A stretch of 45,458 bases of DNA, taken from IMG/VR virus record IMGVR_UViG_3300032239_001406, positions 1 through 45,458 of that record. One strand, written 5' to 3'. Below, piece by piece: positions 1 through 7,806 of the stretch. Positions within the stretch are counted from its first letter, which is position 1, and each line of letters begins with the position of its first letter. Position numbers and translations under genes: made by a program. The notes beneath the pieces were generated by a model, which saw only the letters and a list, made by a program, of their open reading frames with translations, did not search any database and had not been told where the DNA came from. Source of the stretch: a virus (Duplodnaviria > Caudoviricetes).

Positions 1-294
1 AATATTAATGTTGGTAATGATGTTTGGATTGGAGCCAAATCAACTATCATGTCAGGTGTTACTATTGGAGATGGTGCTATTATTGGTTCTACTGCTACGG
101 TAGCTAAAGACGTTCCTCCATATGCTATTGTAGTTGGAAATCCAGGTAAAGTAGTTAAATACAGATTTACACAGGCTCAAATTGATGGGTTAATGCAAAT
201 ACAATGGTGGGATTGGGAAGAAGAAAAAATAAAAGAAGAAGGCATGGCCCTATGGTCTTTAAACATTGATGATTTTATATACAGACATTTATGA
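1..294 (+). CDS. Hexapeptide-repeat (CatB/Vat-like) O-acetyltransferase, 5'-truncated by the window edge
   Basis: Frame 1 is open from base 1: NINVGNDVWIGAKSTIMSGVTIGDGAIIG...VAKDVPPYAIVVGNPGKVVKYRF...QWWDW, the classic left-handed beta-helix acetyltransferase signature. Confidence 0.9.
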   Translation, partial: NINVGNDVWIGAKSTIMSGVTIGDGAIIGSTATVAKDVPPYAIVVGNPGKVVKYRFTQAQIDGLMQIQWWDWEEEKIKEEGMALWSLNIDDFIYRHL

Positions 295-1136
295 TAAAAG
301 TAGATTTTAGCAACGGAATTAAAATTGAAACGGGTGATTTAAAATATTCATTTACACCAGATCAATTACCATTAAAAGTTGAAATACAACGAGCAGTATC
401 TAAAGAAGTAATTTGGACTACTAAATTGGGTAGCCTTATGTGGGCTACTTATCCTGAAAGTGAAATTAATAACGTAATTGTTTATGATGCTAAAGATAAA
501 TTTGTTTACCAACGCAATTGGGAACCAGTAGTAGATGGTTCTATATTCTATCAGTCACTTATTTTATATTGTAAATCAATAGCTAATAAAAGTCATAAAC
601 CAAAAGGATTAGTTATTGGAACACATGATGGTGAATTTGGTGAGTGGGTGCCTGTAGCTACTAAAGTAATGTCCGATATGGTATTGGTTGAAGGTAGTAG
701 AAAACAATATGATAAACTTTATCAAAATTATAAAGGTAAAATTGGCATTAAAACATTATTCAATTTAGTAACTACAGATGGTAGCGACGTTGAGTTTTGG
801 GAAGGTGGTAAAGGTTATACTAATACAGTTGTTAAGCGAGTTATTGATTATTGGGAACGCGAACCAATTGCTGCTACAAAACGTTCATCAATCAGTATTA
901 ACGATTTGATAGAAAAAGAATGTAATGGAAAAATAGATTGGTTACATTTAGACGTTGAAGGTTTAGATGCAAACCTAATTATGGCTATTAATCCTAAGTA
1001 TCTTCCAGGATTCATAATATTTGAAGACTTTAACTTAACGCAAGAAGAAAAAATGACTATATACGCATACTTAGAAGAAGGATTTAATTATCAACTCCAT
1101 TCCGAAGCAGGTATTTGTATGGCCGTATTACAATAA
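291..1136 (+). CDS. FkbM-like SAM-dependent methyltransferase with N-terminal extension
   Basis: IGTHDG motif I, VLVEG, and SISINDLIEKE...IDWLHLDVEGLD...IIFE C-terminal FkbM pattern; ATGA overlap with the upstream gene. Confidence 0.7.
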   Translation: MIKVDFSNGIKIETGDLKYSFTPDQLPLKVEIQRAVSKEVIWTTKLGSLMWATYPESEINNVIVYDAKDKFVYQRNWEPVVDGSIFYQSLILYCKSIANKSHKPKGLVIGTHDGEFGEWVPVATKVMSDMVLVEGSRKQYDKLYQNYKGKIGIKTLFNLVTTDGSDVEFWEGGKGYTNTVVKRVIDYWEREPIAATKRSSISINDLIEKECNGKIDWLHLDVEGLDANLIMAINPKYLPGFIIFEDFNLTQEEKMTIYAYLEEGFNYQLHSEAGICMAVLQ

Positions 1137-1156
1137 TCCTACATATTTTAGTAAAA

Positions 1157-1233
1157 GACTACGCAATGTAGTCAAATTGTATAAAGCGCGCATTATTAAC
1201 GCTCTATAACTCTTTTGCAAGATCTATGCAAAA
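1157..1233 (+). other. Intergenic cluster of three short inverted repeats (terminator or structured RNA)
   Basis: GACTAC-GCAAT-GTAGTC (1157-1173), imperfect TATAAAGCG...CGCTCTATA (about 1180-1208), TTTTGCA-AGATCTA-TGCAAAA (1213-1233). Confidence 0.4.
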
Positions 1234-1236
1234 TTG

Positions 1237-1272
1237 TTTGGTTACCTCAATTATTCGTCGTAGATTTACGGA
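1237..1272 (+). promoter_or_regulatory. Bacteroidota-type host-sigma (early) promoter
   Basis: TTTG (1237-1240), 20-nt spacer, TAGATTTA (1261-1268); near copy at 1484. Confidence 0.75.
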
Positions 1273-1290
1273 AATTAAGAAATTAAAGAT

Positions 1291-1503
1291 ATGAACGAAC
1301 AATTAGTACAAGAAGCCGTGGATTTGTTTATTGAAACATTACCATTACAGAGTATGGATGCTGATCATCCGATGTTTAATGAATTATACGAAAAGGAATG
1401 TCGTATATATGTGTTGTTAGGAATGATGACGGATGATGAAAGTAACGAATATCGAATAGCTGTTAAATACATCAGAAAGTCAATTTGGTTACCTGAAGAA
1501 TAG
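1291..1503 (+). CDS. Hypothetical protein (70 aa, acidic)
   Basis: ORF directly downstream of the promoter, A-rich leader. Confidence 0.6.
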   Translation: MNEQLVQEAVDLFIETLPLQSMDADHPMFNELYEKECRIYVLLGMMTDDESNEYRIAVKYIRKSIWLPEE

Positions 1504-1519
1504 GTCGTAATTTTACGGA
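1484..1519 (+). promoter_or_regulatory. Bacteroidota-type host-sigma (early) promoter
   Basis: TTTGGTTACCT-N9-GTCGTA-N2-TTTACGGAA, same scaffold as 1237; TTTG to TAATTTTA spacer is 20 nt. Confidence 0.75.
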
Positions 1520-1545
1520 AATTAAAAAATATAAAAATAAAGGTT

Positions 1546-2376
1546 ATGCAAAACGTAGTAAAAGAAGCTTTAATAAGCAAATTAGAAGATTTAAAAAATC
1601 AGTTAGTTGGTATTGAGAATTGTTACCAAAGTGTAGAAAATGAGTATATTAGTGAGTGGAAATTTAGACACATTACTATGAGTAATTGTTTAAGTGATGC
1701 TGCTAAGAAAGTAACCATTACAAAAGATGGTAATAGCTTTAATTTCACTTGTGATGATAATCATTGGAGAAGTAATATTACTCTTCGTAGAAACAAAAAC
1801 TATAGAGATGAAGAACAAATGCCAGAACTTAACTGGTTTAGCTCTAGTACTGATTTAGAAGATAAGTATGGTTATTTAGGTATTTTACAAATATTAGGAT
1901 TCTTAGCTAATGCAATGCAAGAACAATCTATTACATTTACTTCCCTTATAGAATTATTTGACGAATTAAGAGTTAAAAGAAATGAAATGTATGGTGATAT
2001 TAAAAACGATATTTGGAAAGTAGAAAATGAACTTCGTAATATAGAACGAGATGAAATTATACTTGCTAAAGAAAAAATGTTAGCTAATAATACAATTACT
2101 ATTCCTAGGGATGCTAATAGATTAAGTGAATTAACTACAGGTGCTGGTAGATGGGATACAAAAAGATTTACACACCTTGAGTGGGTTGAAAATAAAGGTG
2201 GTAAAACATATACAGTAAAAGGTTATTGTGATTTAGCTAAATGGGAAAAAGGTCCTGAACAGCACTTTGAACATTATAAAGTTAAAAAATCATATTTACA
2301 GTCAGCTATTGATGATGCTTATAATGTAATTGCTAGATATGAAAGAGAATTAGCTGCAGAAACTGTTAACGCCTAA
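1546..2376 (+). CDS. Hypothetical protein (276 aa)
   Basis: Long ORF after the promoter; no motif recognised. Confidence 0.75.
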   Translation: MQNVVKEALISKLEDLKNQLVGIENCYQSVENEYISEWKFRHITMSNCLSDAAKKVTITKDGNSFNFTCDDNHWRSNITLRRNKNYRDEEQMPELNWFSSSTDLEDKYGYLGILQILGFLANAMQEQSITFTSLIELFDELRVKRNEMYGDIKNDIWKVENELRNIERDEIILAKEKMLANNTITIPRDANRLSELTTGAGRWDTKRFTHLEWVENKGGKTYTVKGYCDLAKWEKGPEQHFEHYKVKKSYLQSAIDDAYNVIARYERELAAETVNA

Positions 2377-2401
2377 TAATTAACCCATTAAAATTAAATA
2401 A

Positions 2402-2629
2402 ATGAACATCCAATCCACACTAACTAAAATCGCGGAAAAAGTATTCACAGCTAAGTCCTGTGATGACGCTAAAAAAATTGCCCTTGATTACTTAAGTGAA
2501 AGTAAAATAAATGAAGAAGATAGGGTAAAAATGATTGAAGAAATTCAACAGAAAAAAGACTTAGTTAAATTGCAAATATATATTGCAAACGCGCTTTTAA
2601 AATTTGAAGGATTATCAATAAATCAATAA
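2402..2629 (+). CDS. Small helical hypothetical protein
   Basis: 75-aa ORF with A-rich upstream region. Confidence 0.65.
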   Translation: MNIQSTLTKIAEKVFTAKSCDDAKKIALDYLSESKINEEDRVKMIEEIQQKKDLVKLQIYIANALLKFEGLSINQ

Positions 2630-2640
2630 ACAAAAAATAT

Positions 2641-3303
2641 ATGAAAAAGGTTATAATTATTTTAAGTGCTGTTATTCTGTTTGCAGCGTGTAAAAAAACA
2701 GATATAAATGGAACTACATATTATTATATAGGTCCAAACCAAACTAATAATACTAACAGCTGTCCTATTGACACAGCACAGCTAGTATTCCATCCAAAAG
2801 ATACTTTATATACTAGCAACCCATTATCAGGTGACTTACAAAACTTTTCAGTTTCATTTTGGATGAAAACAACTCAAAAAGATTCTAGTTATGGATTTCC
2901 AGATTATACTTTTATAGTAGATAGAGATGTTTTTGGTATAGCAAATGATTGGTCTATAGGAATGTCTAATGGTGGGAAAATTACAGTTCACGGAGCACAA
3001 GTTTATACTACTAATTTAATATCAAATAAAGATTATAACGACAATGTTTATCATCATATTGTAGTAACTTACAACCCTGCTATTAATAAACGTTCTCTAT
3101 ACGTGGATAATATTTTAGAAAAATCAGATACAACATACTCTAATTTTACTTTTACAAATACATCTGTTCCTATAGCAATTGGAATGTCAGGAGTAGAAAC
3201 AAGTAGACATAAAAAGTTTATAGGTAATTTAAAAACTGTTCGTATATACAGTAAGCCTTTATCAGCCTGTGAAGTCCAATATTTATACAATATAAAACCA
3301 TAA
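2641..3303 (+). CDS. Lipoprotein with LamG/concanavalin A-like domain
   Basis: Signal peptide II MKKVIIILSAVILFAA-C-KKTD; FSVSFWMKT, YHHIVVTY, LYVDN, FIGNLKTVRIYSKPLSACEVQYLY match the LamG3 pattern. Confidence 0.85.
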   Translation: MKKVIIILSAVILFAACKKTDINGTTYYYIGPNQTNNTNSCPIDTAQLVFHPKDTLYTSNPLSGDLQNFSVSFWMKTTQKDSSYGFPDYTFIVDRDVFGIANDWSIGMSNGGKITVHGAQVYTTNLISNKDYNDNVYHHIVVTYNPAINKRSLYVDNILEKSDTTYSNFTFTNTSVPIAIGMSGVETSRHKKFIGNLKTVRIYSKPLSACEVQYLYNIKP

Positions 3304-3305
3304 TT

Positions 3306-3554
3306 ATGAAAAATATTTTAATTGTAGTAGCATTAATGGTTGGTCTAACAGCTTGTAGTCAACACACATTACCTTCAAGACATCCTAATTATTTACCTTC
3401 ACGTTATCCGGTTATGCTTCCTTCTAGAGCATATCAAAAACCAAAGGTTAACATAAGAGGAGAAAAAGTAATTATCGTTATGTCTAAACAACAATATTTG
3501 GAAATGGAAAGAAGGAGAAATCAACGTTTCGCTTCACCCCGTTTCAAACACTAA
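3306..3554 (+). CDS. Small basic lipoprotein with three LPSR repeats
   Basis: Lipobox GLTA-C; TLPSRHPNYLPSRYPVMLPSR. Confidence 0.7.
   Translation: MKNILIVVALMVGLTACSQHTLPSRHPNYLPSRYPVMLPSRAYQKPKVNIRGEKVIIVMSKQQYLEMERRRNQRFASPRFKH
3369..3428 (+). repeat. Degenerate 24-nt tandem repeat encoding LPSR three times
   Basis: ttaccttcaaga / ttaccttcacgt / cttccttctaga at 24-nt spacing. Confidence 0.7.
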
Positions 3555-3587
3555 GAATTTTGATCCTTTATTTTTAATTTTAGCATT

Positions 3588-3610
3588 GCCCCTCATTTGA
3601 GGGGTTTTTG
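3588..3610 (+). terminator. Rho-independent terminator
   Basis: GCCCCTC-ATTT-GAGGGGT followed by a T tract. Confidence 0.85.
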
Positions 3611-3619
3611 CTTTTATAT

Positions 3620-3627
3620 ATATTTAT
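3620..3627 (+). promoter_or_regulatory. Putative phage late promoter motif ATATTTAT
   Basis: Recurrent intergenic octamer, immediately after a terminator and before the ATG at 3642. Confidence 0.65.
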
Positions 3628-3641
3628 ATCAAATAACAGTT

Positions 3642-3911
3642 ATGGAAGATGATTTAGATTTACAATTCAAACAAGCCTTAGCAGGAACATTAGACATGGC
3701 TGTTGATTCCCTCCTACAAGTAATTGAATTCGATAGTAGTGTAGATAATCTAATTACTAAAAAATTATCAAAAGAACAAGCAGAAGAACTTATATTTTGG
3801 TTTGATGAAGAGGTTATTCCTATCTATACTGAGTTAGGGATGTTAGATAAGGTAGAAAAAGTAACTAATATTAGAAATTCAATAAAAAAATATAATGAAA
3901 ACATTCATTGA
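3642..3911 (+). CDS. Hypothetical acidic protein (start revised from 3597 to ATG 3642)
   Basis: The 3597 start lies inside the terminator hairpin; MEDDLDLQF follows the promoter motif. Confidence 0.65.
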   Translation: MEDDLDLQFKQALAGTLDMAVDSLLQVIEFDSSVDNLITKKLSKEQAEELIFWFDEEVIPIYTELGMLDKVEKVTNIRNSIKKYNENIH

Positions 3912-4488
3912 GATAGGTTGTTGTTATTTTGATACACTTTACCCATTATTAGAACAAGGGTGGAAAGGTTATATGGTTGATCCTATAGGAGAATATTTAG
4001 ATAAAATACCTTTACATGACAATTTAACTAAAATAGAGGCAGCTGTTACTGCTCAACGTTTATATAAAACCCCAACCATAGGATTAACATATGCTTCAAA
4101 AGAACATTATGCCCATTTAAATGAAATTGAAAGAAGAGATTATGATGGGATGGGTTCAACACAACCATTTAGAACTGGATTTAGTTTAGGTCAATTTGGT
4201 AATTATAAACCAGGAGATATTCAAACAAAAATAGTATCAACTATATCTTTAAATTGGCTTATAGATTATTTTAAAATATCAAAAATTGATTTACTTAAGA
4301 TAGATACCGAAGGTGCCGACTTTGATATTTTAGCCTCTATAGATCTTAAAAAAATTGAGGTTGAAGAAATAAGAATTGAACATAAACATTATGATGATAT
4401 ATTCATGGATGCTTATTTTAAAATTAAGGGATATACGACACAATTTGATCCTAACGATTGGTCAACAATAATAGCTAAAAAATTATGA
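3895..4488 (+). CDS. FkbM-family methyltransferase
   Basis: FIEIG, GWKGYMVDP, IEAAV, IDLLKIDTEGADFDIL, IRIEH. Confidence 0.85.
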   Translation: MKTFIEIGCCYFDTLYPLLEQGWKGYMVDPIGEYLDKIPLHDNLTKIEAAVTAQRLYKTPTIGLTYASKEHYAHLNEIERRDYDGMGSTQPFRTGFSLGQFGNYKPGDIQTKIVSTISLNWLIDYFKISKIDLLKIDTEGADFDILASIDLKKIEVEEIRIEHKHYDDIFMDAYFKIKGYTTQFDPNDWSTIIAKKL

Positions 4489-5147
4489 TAAATTTATTTG
4501 TAGTAGATAATTTCTACCCTAAACCCTATGAATTAAGGGAATTTGCCTTAAAACAAGATTTTAATATTGATGGAAATTATCCAGGCCATCGTACACGTTC
4601 ATTTTTAAGAGATATTGATTATCATCTTAACATAGGTCCTAAACCTGATCAAATTCCAGATTATAAATCAACTATAATGCAAAAACTTGCTGATGTGGTT
4701 AGACCTTTCGCTGGTGAAGTAATTTGGTGGGGTGATAATATAGAAAGTGGAGGATATAGTGGAGCATTTCAATACACAACATCAAGAGATGTAAGTTGGA
4801 TTCACACAGATGATACTACACATTGGGCTGGAGTTTTATATTTAACCCCAAATGCCCCTATTACTTCAGGTACAGGATTATTTAGACATAAACTAACAGG
4901 ATGGCAAACACATCCTTATTTCGATAATGGAGAAATAAATGTTGACCTAAGAAGTTTATTATATTATGATGGTTGGGATAAAACTAAATGGGATATGCAC
5001 ACTATGGTTGGAAATGTGTTTAATAGATTAATATTATATAAAGCAGATCAATGGCACCAATCATTAGATTATTTTGGACATGATTTAAATGATGGAAGAT
5101 TATTTATGACTTTTTTCTTTAACACAGAATTTCCTTATAATTCTTAA
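4485..5147 (+). CDS. 2OG-Fe(II) oxygenase-like protein (DUF6445-like)
   Basis: VVDNFYP, NYPGHRT, WIHTD (HxD), WAGVLYLTP, GTGLF, NRLILY...WH...GRL. Confidence 0.8.
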   Translation: MINLFVVDNFYPKPYELREFALKQDFNIDGNYPGHRTRSFLRDIDYHLNIGPKPDQIPDYKSTIMQKLADVVRPFAGEVIWWGDNIESGGYSGAFQYTTSRDVSWIHTDDTTHWAGVLYLTPNAPITSGTGLFRHKLTGWQTHPYFDNGEINVDLRSLLYYDGWDKTKWDMHTMVGNVFNRLILYKADQWHQSLDYFGHDLNDGRLFMTFFFNTEFPYNS

Positions 5148-5155
5148 TGAAGAAA

Positions 5156-5188
5156 CTTGGAGATACAAATTTAAACTATTATATTTAT
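5156..5188 (+). promoter_or_regulatory. Overlapping host-type (CTTG-N20-TATATTTA) and late-type (ATATTTAT) promoter elements
   Basis: CTTG 5156-5159, TATATTTA 5180-5187, ATATTTAT 5181-5188. Confidence 0.55.
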
Positions 5189-5546
5189 GACCGGGGGTTT
5201 AAGGGAAACAGGGGGTAAGAAAAAGGGGGAGATACAGGTGGTGACATTTACACTAGCGGGGTGTGGAGCGTGTATGGAACTGAAGAAGGAACTAGGGGAA
5301 CAAGGAATACCATTTACCAATATAACCATTGATGATCGTTTAGGGGATATTTTAGAAAGAGAATACATGACTCAAAGTTACCCTATTATTGTTATTATGG
5401 ATAAACAAACTAAAATACCTTATTGGATATTTGTTACCGAATCCTTTATAGACGATCCTAAGGTTATTCATTGGCAAACAGGGAAAGAATTAATTATAAA
5501 AATAAAAAACAAATACAATGCGTTACAAACAACTAGTTTCGGATAA
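5187..5546 (+). CDS. Glutaredoxin/thioredoxin-fold protein (true start may be GTG 5238)
   Basis: VVTFTLAGCGACMELKKELGEQGIPFTNITI with a CxxC motif, and QSYPIIV cis-Pro strand. Confidence 0.8.
   Translation: MTGGLRETGGKKKGEIQVVTFTLAGCGACMELKKELGEQGIPFTNITIDDRLGDILEREYMTQSYPIIVIMDKQTKIPYWIFVTESFIDDPKVIHWQTGKELIIKIKNKYNALQTTSFG
5193..5229 (+). other. G-tract cluster with G-quadruplex potential
   Basis: GGGGG-TTTAA-GGG-AAACA-GGGGG-TAAGAAAAA-GGGGG, plus GGGG at 5258 and 5295, in an otherwise AT-rich sequence. Confidence 0.6.
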
Positions 5547-5703
5547 GTTAGACCAAACGGTTAATACTTTAAATGTTTTAAGAAGTGCTATTTCAATGGG
5601 AGATGCTCAATCTTCAAAACAAATCGTTGAAACTATTAAAGAAAGACTTGAAGAAATTCAAACATTAATTAATACTGAACATGACGATACTAGACAATTT
5701 TAA
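5518..5703 (+). CDS. Small helical hypothetical protein
   Basis: 61-aa amphipathic ORF overlapping both neighbours. Confidence 0.65.
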   Translation: MRYKQLVSDKLDQTVNTLNVLRSAISMGDAQSSKQIVETIKERLEEIQTLINTEHDDTRQF

Positions 5704-6448
5704 GGATTTATTTAAAAAAGATGATGGAGTTATTGAAGTAATAACCTATGCTTCTAGTACTTATGACTTTTGGGATCTTATAGAGGCAAAAAAAGCTGTT
5801 CCTAAATGGTGGAAAGATATGGCTATCAAATTTGACGATGTTATTCCTTTAACTCCTAATCCTATATTTGAAAAATTTAAAAGACCCATTTCTACTGTAA
5901 AACAATGTCCTGCTATTCAAGATATTTTATCGACTGGTATTATTTTTAAAGCATGGAGTGACATTACAATATTAGTAAGTCCTGATGGTGTTGTTGAATC
6001 AATTATTGCGGATGAAAAAATTGGACCTTCCGGTGAAGGATCTAATCATCCCTACATACAAAGAAATGGAGTTTTTAAAAATTATGCCCATTATAAATTA
6101 ACTCCACCAATATTTTTAAAGACAAAAACATATAGAAAATTTTTATGGACTGGTGCCTTTTGGCATAATCCTTCTCTTGTAGAAAATAATATTCATATTG
6201 TACCAGGTATTATAGACTATAAAACTCAAACGGGGATGAATATTAATATGTTTTTACCTCTTAAAAATGAACCATATCAATTAAACATTAATTTTGGTGA
6301 TCCTTTAATTCATTTAATTCCGTTAGATAATAAACCTATTAAAATTATTAAAAAATTAACAGATATTAATGGATTCCAGCATATGAGTAATACACATCTT
6401 AAATTTGTAGGTTCTCCTAAAATACTTAAATCAAAAATGAAAAATTGA
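5681..6448 (+). CDS. Phage beta-rich protein (DUF6065-like or dUTPase-like fold, uncertain)
   Basis: PKWWK, TVKQCPAIQDILSTGIIFKAWSD, IVPGIIDY, GDPLIHLIP resemble, from recall, a phage family often found beside 2OG oxygenases. Confidence 0.5.
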   Translation: MTILDNFKDLFKKDDGVIEVITYASSTYDFWDLIEAKKAVPKWWKDMAIKFDDVIPLTPNPIFEKFKRPISTVKQCPAIQDILSTGIIFKAWSDITILVSPDGVVESIIADEKIGPSGEGSNHPYIQRNGVFKNYAHYKLTPPIFLKTKTYRKFLWTGAFWHNPSLVENNIHIVPGIIDYKTQTGMNINMFLPLKNEPYQLNINFGDPLIHLIPLDNKPIKIIKKLTDINGFQHMSNTHLKFVGSPKILKSKMKN

Positions 6449-6449
6449 T

Positions 6450-6457
6450 ATATTTAT
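6450..6457 (+). promoter_or_regulatory. Putative late promoter ATATTTAT
   Basis: Intergenic, upstream of 6479. Confidence 0.65.
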
Positions 6458-6478
6458 TAATAGTAATATTGTAAAATT

Positions 6479-7066
6479 ATGTCATTTAGTGCAACACAAT
6501 GGGCAACAAGATTATCTGAATGGTCAGGTTCTGCTCAAGGAGATCGTTCATGGAGCGGTTTAGGTAGATCAACTAGACAAGGTCAATATTTTACTTATTT
6601 TGATGTTTATTATTATGGAGGTGGTAAAGTTATAGCTTGGGCCTATAGAGGATATAGTTATCCTAGCCAAACACCAACTGCTGAAAGAAACGTAGAACCA
6701 TTTTATGGTAGTGGTTATTATACCACTTATGTGTATGCTGGAGTTTATCTTATATTTGGATCTTTTAATACATACGCAAATTACAGTTATAACACAAATA
6801 TGAACTGGTATCAACCTCAGGGATATTATAGTGGGATTGTAACTTATGCACCATATAATGGAGGAACTTATTACCAAAATTCATCTTACTCATATTATTA
6901 CGCTGTTACTAATTATGCTGGTTTTGGACAAGCAACAGCTTGGTCTCCATCCACTTTCTATAATTATGCACCTTGGGGTGTTGGCCCTTATAGTGCCGGA
7001 TCTAATATTAGTATTGGTGCCGGTAATGGACCTTACTCAGGTTATCCATATCAATACGTTCACTAA
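6479..7066 (+). CDS. Tyr/Gly/Ser/Asn-rich low-complexity protein, possible fibre tip or adhesin
   Basis: About 36 Tyr in 195 aa, one Lys, no D/E/K/R in the last ~120 residues; follows a late motif. Confidence 0.7.
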   Translation: MSFSATQWATRLSEWSGSAQGDRSWSGLGRSTRQGQYFTYFDVYYYGGGKVIAWAYRGYSYPSQTPTAERNVEPFYGSGYYTTYVYAGVYLIFGSFNTYANYSYNTNMNWYQPQGYYSGIVTYAPYNGGTYYQNSSYSYYYAVTNYAGFGQATAWSPSTFYNYAPWGVGPYSAGSNISIGAGNGPYSGYPYQYVH

Positions 7067-7078
7067 AAATAAAAATAT

Positions 7079-7405
7079 ATGCCATATCAATTTTTTAAAT
7101 CATCTTTTTTAGCAACTACTTTACCTGAAGGAACTACTCCTCCTCCTGGTGGTCAATACATTAAATCTAATGTAGAAAATGTTACTGACGGTGGTATTAT
7201 TTTGAGAGTTCAATTCAATGAAAATTACAACATAAGAAATGTTGCTCTAATTTCAGGTTCAATCAGTTCAGGTCCTGCTGTTAGTCAACAGATAGCACAA
7301 TTTGTTTCTCAAATTTCTCAATCTAGTTCTCCATTTATTTCAACTACTGAAGAAGATTTTAATACACAACTCTCAGACTACGAAACTCTTTTTAACACAT
7401 TATAA
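7079..7405 (+). CDS. Hypothetical protein, possible partner or chaperone of 6479
   Basis: 108-aa ORF directly following 6479, ending TEEDFNTQLSDYETLFN. Confidence 0.65.
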   Translation: MPYQFFKSSFLATTLPEGTTPPPGGQYIKSNVENVTDGGIILRVQFNENYNIRNVALISGSISSGPAVSQQIAQFVSQISQSSSPFISTTEEDFNTQLSDYETLFNTL

Positions 7406-7417
7406 GGTTAAATAAAA

Positions 7418-7756
7418 ATGGAAAAATTGGTTATAGTGTTGATGAGAGACAAAAGTCAAATGGGGGAAAGAATTTTATTTGAATTAAAACATATCCATAG
7501 TATAAAGGATATTAAGATATTTACTCCTATGAGTACCCCTCAAATATTTGAGGATTTCACAAAACAATTCAACATTAATATTTTTCCAGTTGTTCAAATA
7601 GATGAAAATAAAAAATTTATTAGTATCCATATGGATCCTAATCATGAAGAATCTATTAAAGGAGCTGGTGGTAGAAAGATTAATGATTTTACTTTTGTAA
7701 AAGTAAATGACATTGATGAATTAATATCTAAAGCAGTAGAATTAATTAAGAACTAA
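7418..7756 (+). CDS. Thioredoxin-fold-like protein lacking CxxC
   Basis: N-terminal hydrophobic strand, FNINIFPVVQI cis-Pro-like strand and C-terminal helix resemble 5187; no Cys. Confidence 0.45.
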   Translation: MEKLVIVLMRDKSQMGERILFELKHIHSIKDIKIFTPMSTPQIFEDFTKQFNINIFPVVQIDENKKFISIHMDPNHEESIKGAGGRKINDFTFVKVNDIDELISKAVELIKN

Positions 7757-7788
7757 TTTGGTTACCTAAATAGTAGGACGTATATTTG
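7757..7788 (+). promoter_or_regulatory. Bacteroidota-type host-sigma promoter
   Basis: TTTGGTTACCT at 7757, 20-nt spacer after TTTG, perfect TATATTTG at 7781-7788. Confidence 0.8.
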
Positions 7789-7806
7789 GATATAATTAAA
7801 TACGTT

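Noticed and set aside
1-294. Antibiotic resistance gene (catB/vat)
   Set aside because: The hexapeptide fold is shared with sugar O-acetyltransferases, the context is FkbM-like genes, and the gene is truncated
1137-1290. tRNA gene in the larger intergenic gaps (also 43603-43723)
   Set aside because: No cloverleaf, T-loop GTTC consensus or acceptor stem found
6479-7066. Diversity-generating retroelement target
   Set aside because: No reverse transcriptase and no template/variable repeat pair seen in the window; cannot be excluded elsewhere in the genome
6846-7112. Alternate-frame + ORF (88 aa); likewise 37941-38135
   Set aside because: Overlaps stronger genes; the Ile/Leu/Met/His-rich composition is the expected frame-shifted reading of Tyr-rich or Glu-rich codons
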